A DNA stretch of 63,271 nucleotides, filler included, from Octopus bimaculoides (lineage: Eukaryota): NCBI RefSeq assembly GCF_001194135.2. It is 5 parts of 5 records of this genome, joined end to end, with 100 filler letters (N's around TTAATTAATTAA, not from the genome) between each part and the next. Parts side by side here need not be neighbours in the genome. Positions count along the whole stretch, not along the records: positions 12,754 to 22,749 come from NC_068992.1; positions 22,850 to 51,788 come from NC_069010.1; 3 more parts are not named here. One strand, 5' to 3'. The first letter of the stretch is position 1. The number at the start of each line of letters is the position of its first letter. The position numbers were made by a program, and so were the translations under genes. Shown here piece after piece: positions 15,289-26,987 of the stretch. The notes under the pieces are model-generated. The model was not told the DNA's origin, made no database searches, and saw only the letters and a list, made by a program, of their open reading frames with translations.

Positions 15289-15360
15289 GCAACAATAATA
15301 ATAATAACAATAACAATAAGGATGAATGTCAATGATACTAATAATAATAATAATAATGTA
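13470..15360. repeat. Compound trinucleotide microsatellite field (CAT/CGT, CAC, TAC, CAA, TAA) with gaps
   Basis: Directly visible; it generates the poly-I/S/V/T/D/M pseudo-ORFs. Confidence 0.95.
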
Positions 15361-16865
15361 GTCATTTCTGAAGCACCATAAATAACAAGTAGTTAAACTA
15401 AAATCTATATCGTATTGCTCATGGTAGAAGCTATGTCTGCAACGATGGATATATGCAACAGGAAATGTGCAAAACAGATGTCTGTTGCATGTATGGCAAC
15501 CGTGGGAATCAAACTAACAACGTGTGTGGTGCATTTAGCATTGAAGTTGCACATTGCAGCTAAACCTAAACTTTTGTAAGGCATTTACGGCAGGATTTTG
15601 GATCGAAAGGAAAATACTTCACTTCACTCCATCGTCCATGCAAGTCTACGAAGTCCTGAAAAACTTGTAAGGTGAACGCTAGTGGATTTGTGTTGTTGAT
15701 TAATGTATAGAAATTTCGTAAAAGTAAGGCTTTGAATCTACGTGGTTCTTTGAGTTCAATCCCGTTACATAGTTCCTTGGGGTAGCATCTTCTTCTATAA
15801 CCCTGGGCCGCTTCATAAGTGAATCTGGCGCTGACTGGGACTGTGTAAAAACCCATCATATATATATATATATATANNNNNNNNNNNNNNNNNNNNNNNN
15901 NNNNNNNNNNNNNNNNNNNNNNNNNNNNNNNNNNNNNNNNNNNNNNNNNNNNNNNNNNNNNNNNNNNNNNNNNNNNNNNNNNNNNNNNNNNNNNNNNNNN
16001 NNNNNNNNNNNNNNNNNNNNNNNNNNNNNNNNNNNNNNNNNNNNNNNNNNNNNNNNNNNNNNNNNNNNNNNNNNNNNNNNNNNNNNNNNNNNNNNNNNNN
16101 NNNNNNNNNNNNNNNNNNNNNNNNNNNNNNNNNNNNNNNNNNNNNNNNNNNNNNNNNNNNNNNNNNNNNNNNNNNNNNNNNNNNNNNNNNNNNNNNNNNN
16201 NNNNNNNNNNNNNNNNNNNNNNNNNNNNNNNNNNNNNNNNNNNNNNNNNNNNNNNNNNNNNNNNNNNNNNNNNNNNNNNNNNNNNNNNNNNNNNNNNNNN
16301 NNNNNNNNNNNNNNNNNNNNNNNNNNNNNNNNNNNNNNNNNNNNNNNNNNNNNNNNNNNNNNNNNNNNNNNNNNNNNNNNNNNNNNNNNNNNNNNNNNNN
16401 NNNNNNNNNNNNNNNNNNNNNNNNNNNNNNNNNNNNNNNNNNNNNNNNNNNNNNNNNNNNNNNNNNNNNNNNNNNNNNNNNNNNNNNNNNNNNNNNNNNN
16501 NNNNNNNNNNNNNNNNNNNNNNNNNNNNNNNNNNNNNNNNNNNNNNNNNNNNNNNNNNNNNNNNNNNNNNNNNNNNNNNNNNNNNNNNNNNNNNNNNNNN
16601 NNNNNNNNNNNNNNNNNNNNNNNNNNNNNNNNNNNNNNNNNNNNNNNNNNNNNNNNNNNNNNNNNNNNNNNNNNNNNNNNNNNNNNNNNNNNNNNNNNNN
16701 NNNNNNNNNNNNNNNNNNNNNNNNNNNNNNNNNNNNNNNNNNNNNNNNNNNNNNNNNNNNNNNNNNNNNATATATATATCATGTATATATATATCATATA
16801 TATATACACACACATATATATAATAATATTAGGGATAAAAATCCAAATTTACAGGTAAAAACTCA

Positions 16866-16906
<41 letters not shown>

Positions 16907-17339
16907 TTTCTCCCTCACCACCACTTCACAACCGGTGTTGTTTTGTTGATGTCCCTGTAAATAGTGGTTCCGTAAAATAAACTCAGAGAATAAATCCCAG
17001 ACTTAAATTAATCCTGGGTTTGAATTCTTCGACTAAATATTTAAAGGAGCTGCCCCAGCATGGCCGTAGTCCAATAACTAAAAACAAAAAAAAAGGAAAT
17101 AAAAAACAGAAAAAATGCAAACAATTAAAAATAAAGTGAAATTATAATTTCAAGATAAAGATGAACACCACAACACCAGCATCTCACAGATTATCATAAT
17201 GGTTCTTTTTACGACTTGTACTCAGCTTGTTTATATAATTATTGACGTTTAACCCCATCTCATCCATAACGAAGCAGACCTACAATGAAAAGATTCCAAC
17301 TGTGGCCATCCCATCTATTTTCAAGATAATTTATATATA

Positions 17340-18312
17340 GTTGCAAGAATGGTTGTTTGTTTAAGAAGTTCGCTTTCCAACCACGTGGCTCTAGGTTCAG
17401 TTTCACTGCCCGGCACCTTCAGCAAATGTCTTCTGTTTAGAGACGCGGGCCGACTAATGACTTGCGAGTGAATTTAGTAAATGGAAACTGTCTTGAAGCC
17501 CATCGTAAACATATGTGTGTGTATGTTTTTGTGCGTAAGTGCGTCTTTGTGTTTGTCCCCCACCAACATTGCACAACCGGTGCTGCTTTGTTTAAGTCCC
17601 CGTTAGATAGTGGTCCGGTAATAAGGACCGATGAAATAACTACTAGACTTAAAAATAAAATGCTGGGTCGGTCGATTTATTCAACTAAAAGCCTTCGAGG
17701 CAGTGCCCCAGCATGGCCACCATCCCGGGATCGATAAATTAAGTATCAGATGCTTACTGAGGTCGGTCTAATCGACTGGCCCCTTCCTCCAAAATTTCGA
17801 GCCTTATGCCTAGAGTAGAAAAGAATATATCAGAAACGATAATGTGCTGGTCTATCCCCATAATTGTATTTGAATTCGTCTATCGCTATGCGTAAAATTC
17901 AAATTCCACAGAGCTTGACATAACTTACATCGATTCCAGGTTGATAAATGTATATATGGCTGTGCGGTAAGAAGCTTGCTTCCTAAACATCTAGGTTCTG
18001 GTTCAGTCCCACTGTATGGTACCTCGAGCAAGAGTCTTCTACTATACTCTCGGGCCGAGAAAATCGTTGTGAGCGGATTTGGTAGACAGAAACCGAAAGA
18101 ATATATGTTGTGTGTGTGCGCGTGTTTTTTTTGCCCCCCTCACCACGCTTGACAACTGTTGTTGGTATTTACGTTCCCGTAACCTAGCGGTTCGACACAG
18201 AAACACCGATTGTATGCGTACAAAGCTTTAAAAGCTGTTTCATTCGACAAAAAATTTTTCAATGCGGTGTTCCAGCATGGCCGCATACAAATAACTAAAA
18301 CAAATAAAAGAT
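17340..18312 (+). mobile_element. Two diverged family-A SINE copies (about 17340-17720 and 17965-18312) plus a family-C fragment
   Basis: GGCTGTGCGGTAAGAAGCTTGCTTCC...GGTTCAGTCCCACTG...CCAGCATGGCC motifs. Confidence 0.75.
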
Positions 18313-18627
18313 AAAATATGTGTGTGTTTGTACTAATCCCAGTTCAAATTTTCTAGGGAACGACTTAATTAATTACAAACTTCTAATTTAATGTGTGTCT
18401 TTTTCGTTATGCTTCAACTCATTAACAAAGCAGACTTCCATTCGTGTTCCGCGTAAATGATGAAAAAAAAAAAAAAGATAATAAATAGATTGATCTGAGG
18501 TTTAGTTAAATCGATTGCAACCCTAAAACACAAGCAAAATGTGCTTTTTTTTTTCTATTGTTTTTATCTTTTTTTAATTTCTAAGTTTTATATTATTTTT
18601 TTTCTGAATTAAATTAGATATGAGTAG

Positions 18628-19580
18628 CGGCATTACGTTTGTCTTTACATTCTGAGTTCAAACTCCGCCGAGGTCAACTTACCTTTCATCCATTCGAGGT
18701 TGATGAAATAAGAAGCAGTTAAATACTGGGTTGATCTTATCGAGTTCTTCCTTCACACTCATAATATGCTGGCCCTGCGCCAAAAATTTGAAACTCTGAC
18801 TAAAGGAAGCGAGCTGGCGGAATCGGTAGCACGCCGGGAGAAATGCTTAGCGATATTTCGTCTGGCGCTACGTTCTGAGTTCAAATTCCGCCGTGGTCGA
18901 CTTTGCCTTTTATCGTTTCGGGGTCAATAAGTTAAGTACCAGTTGCGTACTGGGGTCAATCTAATCAACCAAATTCAGGGCCTGTGCCTGTAGTAGAAAG
19001 GATTATTATTATCATTTTTATTGTTCTTGTTGATGTTGTTACTAAGGCGGTAAGCTGGTAGAATCGTTAGCACGCCAGTCAAAATGCTTAGCGGTACTTC
19101 GTCTGCTGTTACGTTTTGAGTTCAAATTCCGCCGAGGTCGACTTTGCCTTTTATTGTTTCGGGATCGATTAAATAAGTACCAGTTACGCACTGGGGACGA
19201 TGTAATCGACTTAATCCCTTCCCCCAAATTTGAGGCCTTGTGCTTCGAGTAGTAAGATTGTTGTTCTTGTTATTATTGAGGCGGTGAGCTAGCAGAATCG
19301 TTATCACGCTGGACAAAATGCCTTGTAACATTTCGTCCGTTTCCACGTTCTGAGTTCAAATTCTACAATCATTAAAGTGCTTAACTGGTATCATCGTTAG
19401 CACGTCGGACAAAATGCTTTGCAGCGTCTCTTCAGGGTCTTTACGTTGTGAGCCCAAATACCACCGAGTCAATATATTCGTTCGATCTTTCGTGATCGAT
19501 AAATTACAGTTCCAGCCAAATGCTAGGATCGCTGCAATCGACTTATCCACCCCTCTAAATTGCTTAATTTGTGCCAAAAT
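18628..19580 (+). mobile_element. Head-to-tail array of about 5 family-C tRNA-derived SINEs
   Basis: Repeated GAGCTGGCAGAATCGTTAGCACG...AAATGCTTAG...GTTCTGAGTTCAAATTCCGCCG units starting near 18628 (partial), 18802, 19043, 19278 and 19390; an inverted copy lies at about 19960-20175. Confidence 0.85.
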
Positions 19581-20559
19581 TTAAAAGAATTTTCAGAATT
19601 TTTATTGGAAAATATGGGAGGAGAGGGTAGTGCTGCCTTCCAACAAATTCGTTGAATGTGAAGAAAATGGTCCGCATTCAGCATGCGTCAATAGATTAAA
19701 AGATGAGGATGAGAAGAGAGCACTAACCCTGGTGGTCAAGATGCCCGTAGTTCTGTGGGCTTTCCATGAGCAACTCTTGAAGGTCTCCCCCATATTGGGG
19801 AGTTTTCTTATTTAATCTAATTTTATATTTTATACATGCTTTCGAGTAAACCTACATAGTATCATATTTTATTGTATCCTCCTCTATCATACTCGATTTT
19901 CTTGTGAACCTTAACAGTTCAAAAAGAAATCATTATTATTATTAATAAAGTGCTGAACTGGCAGAATCGTTTTCATTAATGGCACAAGGCCAGCAATTTC
20001 GGGGGCGAGGATAAGTCGATTGCATCATCCCCGATGCTCAACTGGTACTTATTTTATAGACCTCGAATGTATGTAACATAAACTCGACCTGGGCGGAATT
20101 TGAACTCAGAACGTAAAGACGGACGAAATCTTACTCAATATTTTCCCTGGAGTTCTAACAATTCTGCCAACTCACCACATTTGGATACATACCACATTAT
20201 ACGACGTGTTCGTTTCTTAAACATTAGAGTGTAACTTGAAGGCGGTTGGATTACTATTTCTAGCAGTTTAGTACTTTTAATATATCATTTAATGTCTTGG
20301 GAGTCGAACGCCAAAAGGAAAAATATAGAGAGGAATTGCAGAGAACCGACGTTCAGAGAAAGAAGACCTGACCGTAGTACATCTTAATCGATGGGTTATA
20401 GGGCTGATTATGGGAGATGAGACAAGAAGCAAGAGATGTTTAGGAATGGCAGATTTTAAGTTCAGTTAAGAAGTAATCAAATGGTTTCGAGAAACAGAAG
20501 CCAATGTATATGTAGTAAAAACAAGAAAGAAGAAAGTAGAGAGAGAGAAAGAGAGAGAG

Positions 20560-20590
<31 letters not shown>

Positions 20591-20778
20591 GAGCAACTTC
20601 TGTTGGACTTTGTCTGAGTGACTTCATGTCAGTCGATCGAGTAGCCTCTTTTAGGCGGAATGAGATGGGCCTGGTTGTTTGGACGCTGACTGGACATTAA
20701 ACCTATTTTGGTGACATTAAACCTATTTTAGTTGTGGAACTAAAGGCAAACGCTCATAGATACACATGCACACACTCG

Positions 20779-20810
<32 letters not shown>

Positions 20811-21827
20811 TACATACACACGTGTGTGTGTGTGTGCGTTTGCAGAAATGTTCACATAGAGGAGAGAGAGAGAAAAAAAAAGAAGCGAAAGAGCAAGAGC
20901 AACACGAAAAACACTCAAACAAACCAGATTCAGACTTTAAAAAATAAGTATTGGGATGATTTGTTCGACGTCCCTTGAAGGTGGTTCCCCAGCCTGGTCG
21001 CTGTCCAATGACTGAAGCAAGTAAAGATATAGGATAAAAGAATCTAATGACCCTATTGGCTTCTCAGTTTGTTCGGTCTTTTCCCGAATTATAAGAACCC
21101 AGACACCAAATTACACATGATGCGATACACCTTGCTCTAAGACGGCAACGCGGCGTTTGTAATTTAAAGAAAATTGACTGTTATTTCTAGCAAATTGACT
21201 GACCACAAAGATCCGCCTTCGCCCCCTCCCCTCCTGTGTATTTCATAATGTTCGACGTCGATTGGTTTACGAATTGTTATGTCCTGGAGCGCAAGAATTA
21301 GATAATTACATTCTGGTTTCGGCTATGAATTTCTTTCCTCCAGGGTTCATAAAACAGTAAATTAATATAATACTAGGTTAAGATAAATCCACTGCACCAC
21401 CCCATTTAGAAGAGAAAAAAAAGAGAAAAGGAAAGAAAGAAAGAAGCACAATGTGCTGGAGGGAATGAGGACGTCTGTATATGGTTGCTCGGTCTGTTAG
21501 AAATAGCAGTCAGTGTTCTTTCAAACTACACCGTTTATGTCTTTAATAGAAAACAGACACGTTGGAATATATAGTGCATCGATATACTATGCCTGAATAA
21601 ATATTAATTAATTAATTAACTAATTAATGCTTTGGATAATGGGTCTGCTCAATCAGGAATGGCTAAAGGTTAACCAGCAATAGGAAATATAGCTACATCA
21701 GCATGAAAATATGTTCTTGGGTTGCAGCTATACAAATTCTTGAAAGTTAAATAAAGCGAATTAATATAACGTCGTTTTATACGTACGTGCATACATACAT
21801 ACATACATATATATACATACGTACATA

Positions 21828-22206
21828 TGTTGTTAGCACTCCGTCGCTTACGACGAAGCGCGTTCCAGTTGATCCGATCAACGGAACAGCCTGCTCGTGA
21901 AATTAACGTGCATGTGGCTGAGCATTCCACAGACACGTGTACCCTTAACCCAGTTCTCGCGGATATTCAGCGTGACACAGTGTGACAAGGCTGACCCTTT
22001 GAATTACAGACACAACAGAAACAGGAAGTAAGAGTGAGAGAATGTGGTGAAAGAGTACAGCAGGGTTCGCCAGTATCCCCTGCCGGAGCCTCGTGGAGCT
22101 TTAGGTGTTTTCGCTAAATAAAAACTCACAACGCCCGATCTGGGAATCGAAATCGCGATCCTATGACCGCGAGTCCGCTGCCCTAACCACTGGGCTATTG
22201 CGCCTC
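21828..22206 (-). mobile_element. tRNA-derived SINE, family B
   Basis: Reverse complement of the 1476 element; closely matches 29358-29721. Confidence 0.85.
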
Positions 22207-23279
22207 CACATACATATACACACACATGCATAAATACATACGTACGTACATTGACCTATCCACCAACTCATTCATCCGTCCATCATTCAGTCCATAAATG
22301 TATACACATACAAGCATTACGTGCACACATACATACGTACATATATACATACGTATGTACTGATGTATATGTGTTTGTGTGAAATGGTTTCAGATTTTAG
22401 CACAGGTCGGCAGTATTTGAGGGAAAGAGAAAATCAATTGTATTAATCAACAGATATTATTTTATCGACCGCCAAAAAAAAAAAAAAAATTAAAGGCAAA
22501 GTCATCCGCAGCGGAATTTGAACCCAGGACGTAAAGACGGACGAAATGCAGCTAAGCATTTTGTCCGGCATACCAATGGTTCTGCAATCACGCCGCCAGG
22601 TGCGCATGTAAAATAACATCACAATTAGTTTTTCGAGCTGATGCTCTTTTCATAAGAGTCCACAATTTCAAATACATTGAAGGTTACCAGATCCAGTGAC
22701 TGCATAAGGTGTATGCTTAGTTATTTGGTCAAGATTGCCTTTTTCTGTTNNNNNNNNNNNNNNNNNNNNNNNNNNNNNNNNNNNNNNNNNNNNTTAATTA
22801 ATTAANNNNNNNNNNNNNNNNNNNNNNNNNNNNNNNNNNNNNNNNNNNNTTTTTTTTTTTTTTGTGACTATTCACACGGTTCCTTACACGCACAACACTC
22901 GTGCAACATGTTTCCATCTCTTTTGGAACGTACACTCCGACAGGCATCTCCTCTCCAGCCACCGCTAAGCATTTCGCCCGGCCTGCTAACGTTTCTGTTA
23001 CCTTGTCGCCCTATTTGTAGTCCACTATTCTTTTATACTCGAGGAACAAGGAGGGTGAGGTCAATCGATTAGATCGACGTCAGTACGCAACTGGTACTTA
23101 ATTTATCGACCTCGAAAAGATGAAAGGCAAAGTTGACCCCGACGGAATTTAAACTCAGAACGTTGGTGATGGTTGTGACTGAAGGATAAGATTAAAGACG
23201 ATCATAATACAGGGGCAATAATTCAGACAACAGGTCTCAAGTGTTATCTTTCCTAAGACACATTCTGGCCTCTGGACTT

Positions 23280-23640
23280 ATGTCGGATACCAGCTGTCAC
23301 ATCTGAGAAGAGTACAACTGTCGACCGAATCTATAATTAAGATTGTTCCGCTGCCCTCCCTGAATAGGGAAGACCAGGTTTGTTTTCTGTCGGTAGTGGC
23401 TATCGCGAAAGAGGTAGTATGAAAGACGAGAGCGAAAGGGGTCGTGACACGCGTTTTTATCTCCATCTTTGGGTCAGTTAACTTTTTCCTTTTCCACATG
23501 AAAAGAAAAATAAGGCTGGAGAAGAAATATCTGTCGCATGGTGTGTTTCAAAAAAGATAGAAGTCTGTAGCAAGTGTATTGAGGAGTGAACGAACCTGTT
23601 TGAGCGAGAACAGAAAAGGAAAAATTAAGTCTTCAGTGCG
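23280..23640 (-). mobile_element. Possible L1/Tx1-type LINE fragment
   Basis: Decayed frame ...TPCDRYFFSSLIFLFMWKRKK, resembling the post-RT F-x-W motif; a weak match. Confidence 0.3.
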
Positions 23641-24304
23641 AGAATGTGGTTTGTGGGGTTGACCACGTCCTCAACTTCATTTTTGTTAATCATCCGTTTC
23701 TACTTCATCATTTATTTTAATTTTTGTAATTTTAACGTTCGTCCTCACTCTGTTACCCTCATTCGACCCCGATCCCTTGTCTATCTGTCCTTGTTTCGTC
23801 CTCTCTCCATTCATAAACCTGTAATGGTGAATAAAGAAATGAGTTTAAGAGTTGAATTTAATAAAAGATTATATAAATAAAAATATTAACATTACCGGCT
23901 TCGATATATTTCATCTTATCAAATATTAGTAAAAAATTTGAAAAAAATATATAAATATTTACTAATATTTGATAAGATGAAATACATCGAAATCGATAAT
24001 ATTAATATTATTATTTATCAGTACATAAACATACATTCACATGTACATACATATGCACACACACACACAAACACGTCTACACACTTACCCTATTACTCAC
24101 GTACATCCATAAGTACATACGTGCATACTCACATACATACATATATACATACATGTGTATAGGCATGCACACATGCATACGCATGTACACAGATGCATAA
24201 GCGCACACATGTACACGCACATACATACATAGATACATACATACATACATACATACATACATACATACACATGTACATATATGTCATGAACTAACTATTA
24301 CTTT

Positions 24305-24517
24305 CTCAGATGCAGCACAGAATTTTGTCAGTGAACAGGTCGCGGTCTCAAAGCGACGAAAATATTTTGACAAATTAAATTTAAATGTTGAAGTGAATCT
24401 AACGGGTTTTGTGTGTTATTTTAAATGGCTTATAAACACTTTCCACGCTGCAATTGTTTTCGTTCCAGCACACGATCTCAGATCAGGTCACTTGCTATGC
24501 AAGTGCATCTCCGTAAT
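24305..24517 (+). mobile_element. About 210-bp dispersed repeat carrying the hammerhead fold (probable Penelope-like terminal fragment)
   Basis: A close second copy lies inverted at 35075-35281. The PLE assignment is inferred from the hammerhead type. Confidence 0.6.
24324..24374 (+). ncRNA. Putative minimal type-I hammerhead ribozyme, G3-C8 core variant
   Basis: Stem I UUUGUCA/UGACAAA; core GUGAACA; extra G; stem II GUCGC/GCGAC; GAAA; palindromic AAUAUU stem III; UUU cleavage triplet. Folded by hand only. Confidence 0.55.
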
Positions 24518-24625
24518 ATTTATATAATCTTTTATTAAATTCAACTCCTAAACTGAAATGTCTTAGATTTAATTCTGTACTGTTTCCACCTCCATCTTTA
24601 CACACACACACACACACACGATAGC

Positions 24626-24667
24626 AATAATCCTTGGATGGAATTTAAATTCCATCCAAGGATTATT
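24626..24667. repeat. Perfect 42-bp palindrome with no loop
   Basis: AATAATCCTTGGATGGAATTT|AAATTCCATCCAAGGATTATT. Confidence 0.95.
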
Positions 24668-24963
24668 ATTATGGCATTTTTCTTACATTATATCGATACA
24701 GCTTGATGCAACCCCACAAAAAACTGGTTTGCCACTCAGTAATCATTAGACTGCGGCCGGCATAATAAAATAGCAGCTTTATTTGCATATTCAAAACGTT
24801 TCCCCATAAACAAACTTAAAAGATATATCAATCTATGCGTGTTTGTCTCCAATCACCGTTTGATAACTGCGCTGGTGTGTTTACGTCGCCGTAAATAAGC
24901 ATTTTAGCAACAGGCAGACCGTTAGAAGAAATGCCGACCCACAAAATTTTATTTCGCGCGTGT

Positions 24964-25442
24964 GTTCCGGACCCCCAGTAATGAACTCATTTGCATACAG
25001 CCAATCAGAGCAGAGAGACCTTTATCCTTTCTTCCTTTCTAATCAGTCCTGTGCATTCGTTACTCTTTCCTTCACTACTAGCAGACAGCAAACTTCTTGT
25101 CACTTACTGTCTCTAGCTACCTGTCGCGCAAACGAATAAATATATATGAATAATATTTCTACCTTCTTGATGTTAATCCTTCGATATTCACTGGTTACTC
25201 CGACGTTGGTACAATAATACACTTGCCCAAACTGAATTACTGGAGTTCTTTCATTTTTCTCCAGAAACAATACAGTTAGAGACAGTGATAGTGAAATTAT
25301 TTTTCGATAGTGACAAAAAGGATGCTGTCTGCCAGTAGAGAGGGGGGAAAGGTAAGACATGCTAGGTGCTGACTAGAAAGGATAAAGGTGGCTCTATTCT
25401 AATTGGTTGTATGCAAATGAGTTCATTATTGCGGTCTGGAAC
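24964..25442. repeat. Inverted repeat pair (~68-bp arms), each arm carrying an octamer and a CCAAT box
   Basis: 24964-25032 versus the reverse complement of 25375-25442: shared TAATGAACTCATTTGCATACA(G/A)CCAAT...ACCTTTATCCTTTCT. Confidence 0.8.
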
Positions 25443-25513
25443 TCTCGTGGGGAAAAAAATTCCGCATCGGATATTTATTTCGGTACTGTAATAACAAACA
25501 AGGCATGTTAACT

Positions 25514-25540
25514 GATGTAATTTTAGCCAATAGGAAGCCT
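25514..25540 (+). promoter_or_regulatory. Conserved CCAAT-box element of SDR copy A
   Basis: GATGTAATTTTAGCCAATAGGAAGCCT, about 145 nt upstream of the ATG; recurs upstream of copies B, C and D. Confidence 0.6.
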
Positions 25541-25671
25541 CCGTTGTCGACAGACCAGGCAACTGTGTACATTTTTCTGTTCAGTACGCTTTTGCAAAAT
25601 GGTTCTGCATCGACCTAACAGTTCAGATACATGAGATAGAAAGAAAAAAAAAACGAAATAAATAAACGATC

Positions 25672-26007
25672 ATGATTATATATATATTATCACTAGCAGG
25701 CGTGGCATTAGGAGTTTATTTCTTGTCATGCGTTAGATACCATTGTAAAACTTTAAAATATGACAGCCAAGCTAGGATGGATGGTAAAACCGTACTAATT
25801 ACAGGTGCTTCTTCAGGTATCAGAAAGGCAACGGCTGAACATCTCCTCTCGCGAGGAGCCAGAGTCATCTTAGCATGTCGTAACTTAACGAAGACGAAGA
25901 CAGCAGTCGATGAAATACTTTCTTCAACTGGTGTTGATCGACAAATGGTCAATATTGTCCATTTGGATCTATCTGATCTGGACAGTGTTCGAAAATGTGT
26001 CAAAGAG
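25672..26007 (+). CDS. RDH11-14-like classical SDR, copy A, coding exon 1 (112 codons)
   Basis: ATG at 25672; hydrophobic N-terminal anchor [18 protein letters not shown]; [36 protein letters not shown]; phase-0 donor GAG|GTAAGT at 26008. The third Gly of TGxxxGxG is Arg (AGA, 25822-25824). Confidence 0.93.
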
Positions 26008-26987
26008 GTAAGTTTTGTTGTATAGTACTAGTTTTTTCCTTCAGCTACTTAAAAGAAGAATCAGTGGAGATAACTCTGGTAAATACACAAGGAGTATGTT
26101 GCCCGTCTTAACATAAAGCAAGAACAATAATGAACGACGTCCAAGTTACGGTGAAGAAGGCAAACCACTGGATTTGTTTTAAAAGAAACGATGAGCAATG
26201 GCTAGAGGAACATTGAGTGTAGCCTAGTTTCCAATTGATTTAGCAAGTGCGGCTTTTTCTGGGTGAAGGGAGGCTGGCGGTGTGCGATGGGCGTTATTGA
26301 AGTTCAGTGGAGAAAGCAATCCGACGGTCGTCAGGGATAGGTCGTCCACATGTGTCCATCCTGATCCATCAAAGACCTGATAATGGTTTCTTGCCATGCT
26401 GTTATCTCCACCATTTGGGCCCATCAGACAGCATTAGTTCCTTCATGTTTGTGCTCACAGGCCTCAACTCTTGCAGGGCAGCCTTCATGTTTTACCCTGA
26501 AGCTTTTCTGAAGGGCCATTCTCGACACTACCACATCGCTGCTATTCCTTTACTAATTGCCTCCTGTAGATTGCAAACAAGTTCTCCCTCTAATCTATGT
26601 TTTTCTATTCCAAGCTCTTTGCTAAACACTACCATTTCTACTCTAATCGCCATTTCTAGGACAATCCACCACTGGTTGTTGGTGATGGCCCCCATCAACT
26701 GCCACTTAACTAATACACTAATCCGGTCCCTTTAGTCTTGGTGTGCTCATAAGGATACATTCAAACTTCCATAACTGGGTCCCTCTCTACATCAACTATC
26801 TAAATCAACAGTGCCAATTACAATTTTGTGGTCAGTGTGGCCAACCAGTTTGAATTGTGAACAAACTATTCTACTCCTTTCCACTAGCCTAACAAATACT
26901 CTATTTCGATAATGATAATAGTAAAAGTTGTAATGCTATTTGTATTTCCTTATAATGTATTGTTTAATTTTTTTGTTTCCATTATAG

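Noticed and set aside
13574-15381. Poly-Ser/Ile/Val/Thr/Asp/Met ORFs
   Set aside because: These are translations of trinucleotide microsatellites and gaps with no splice or domain support.
15566-16815. Long ORFs of 200-415 aa spanning N blocks (also 5939-6743 and 62229-63026)
   Set aside because: Ns contain no stop codons, so the length is an artefact.
26250-26690. GC-richer insert in the SDR-A intron with a weak RLE-LINE-like reverse frame
   Set aside because: Too degenerate to assign by eye; noted only as an A-specific insertion.
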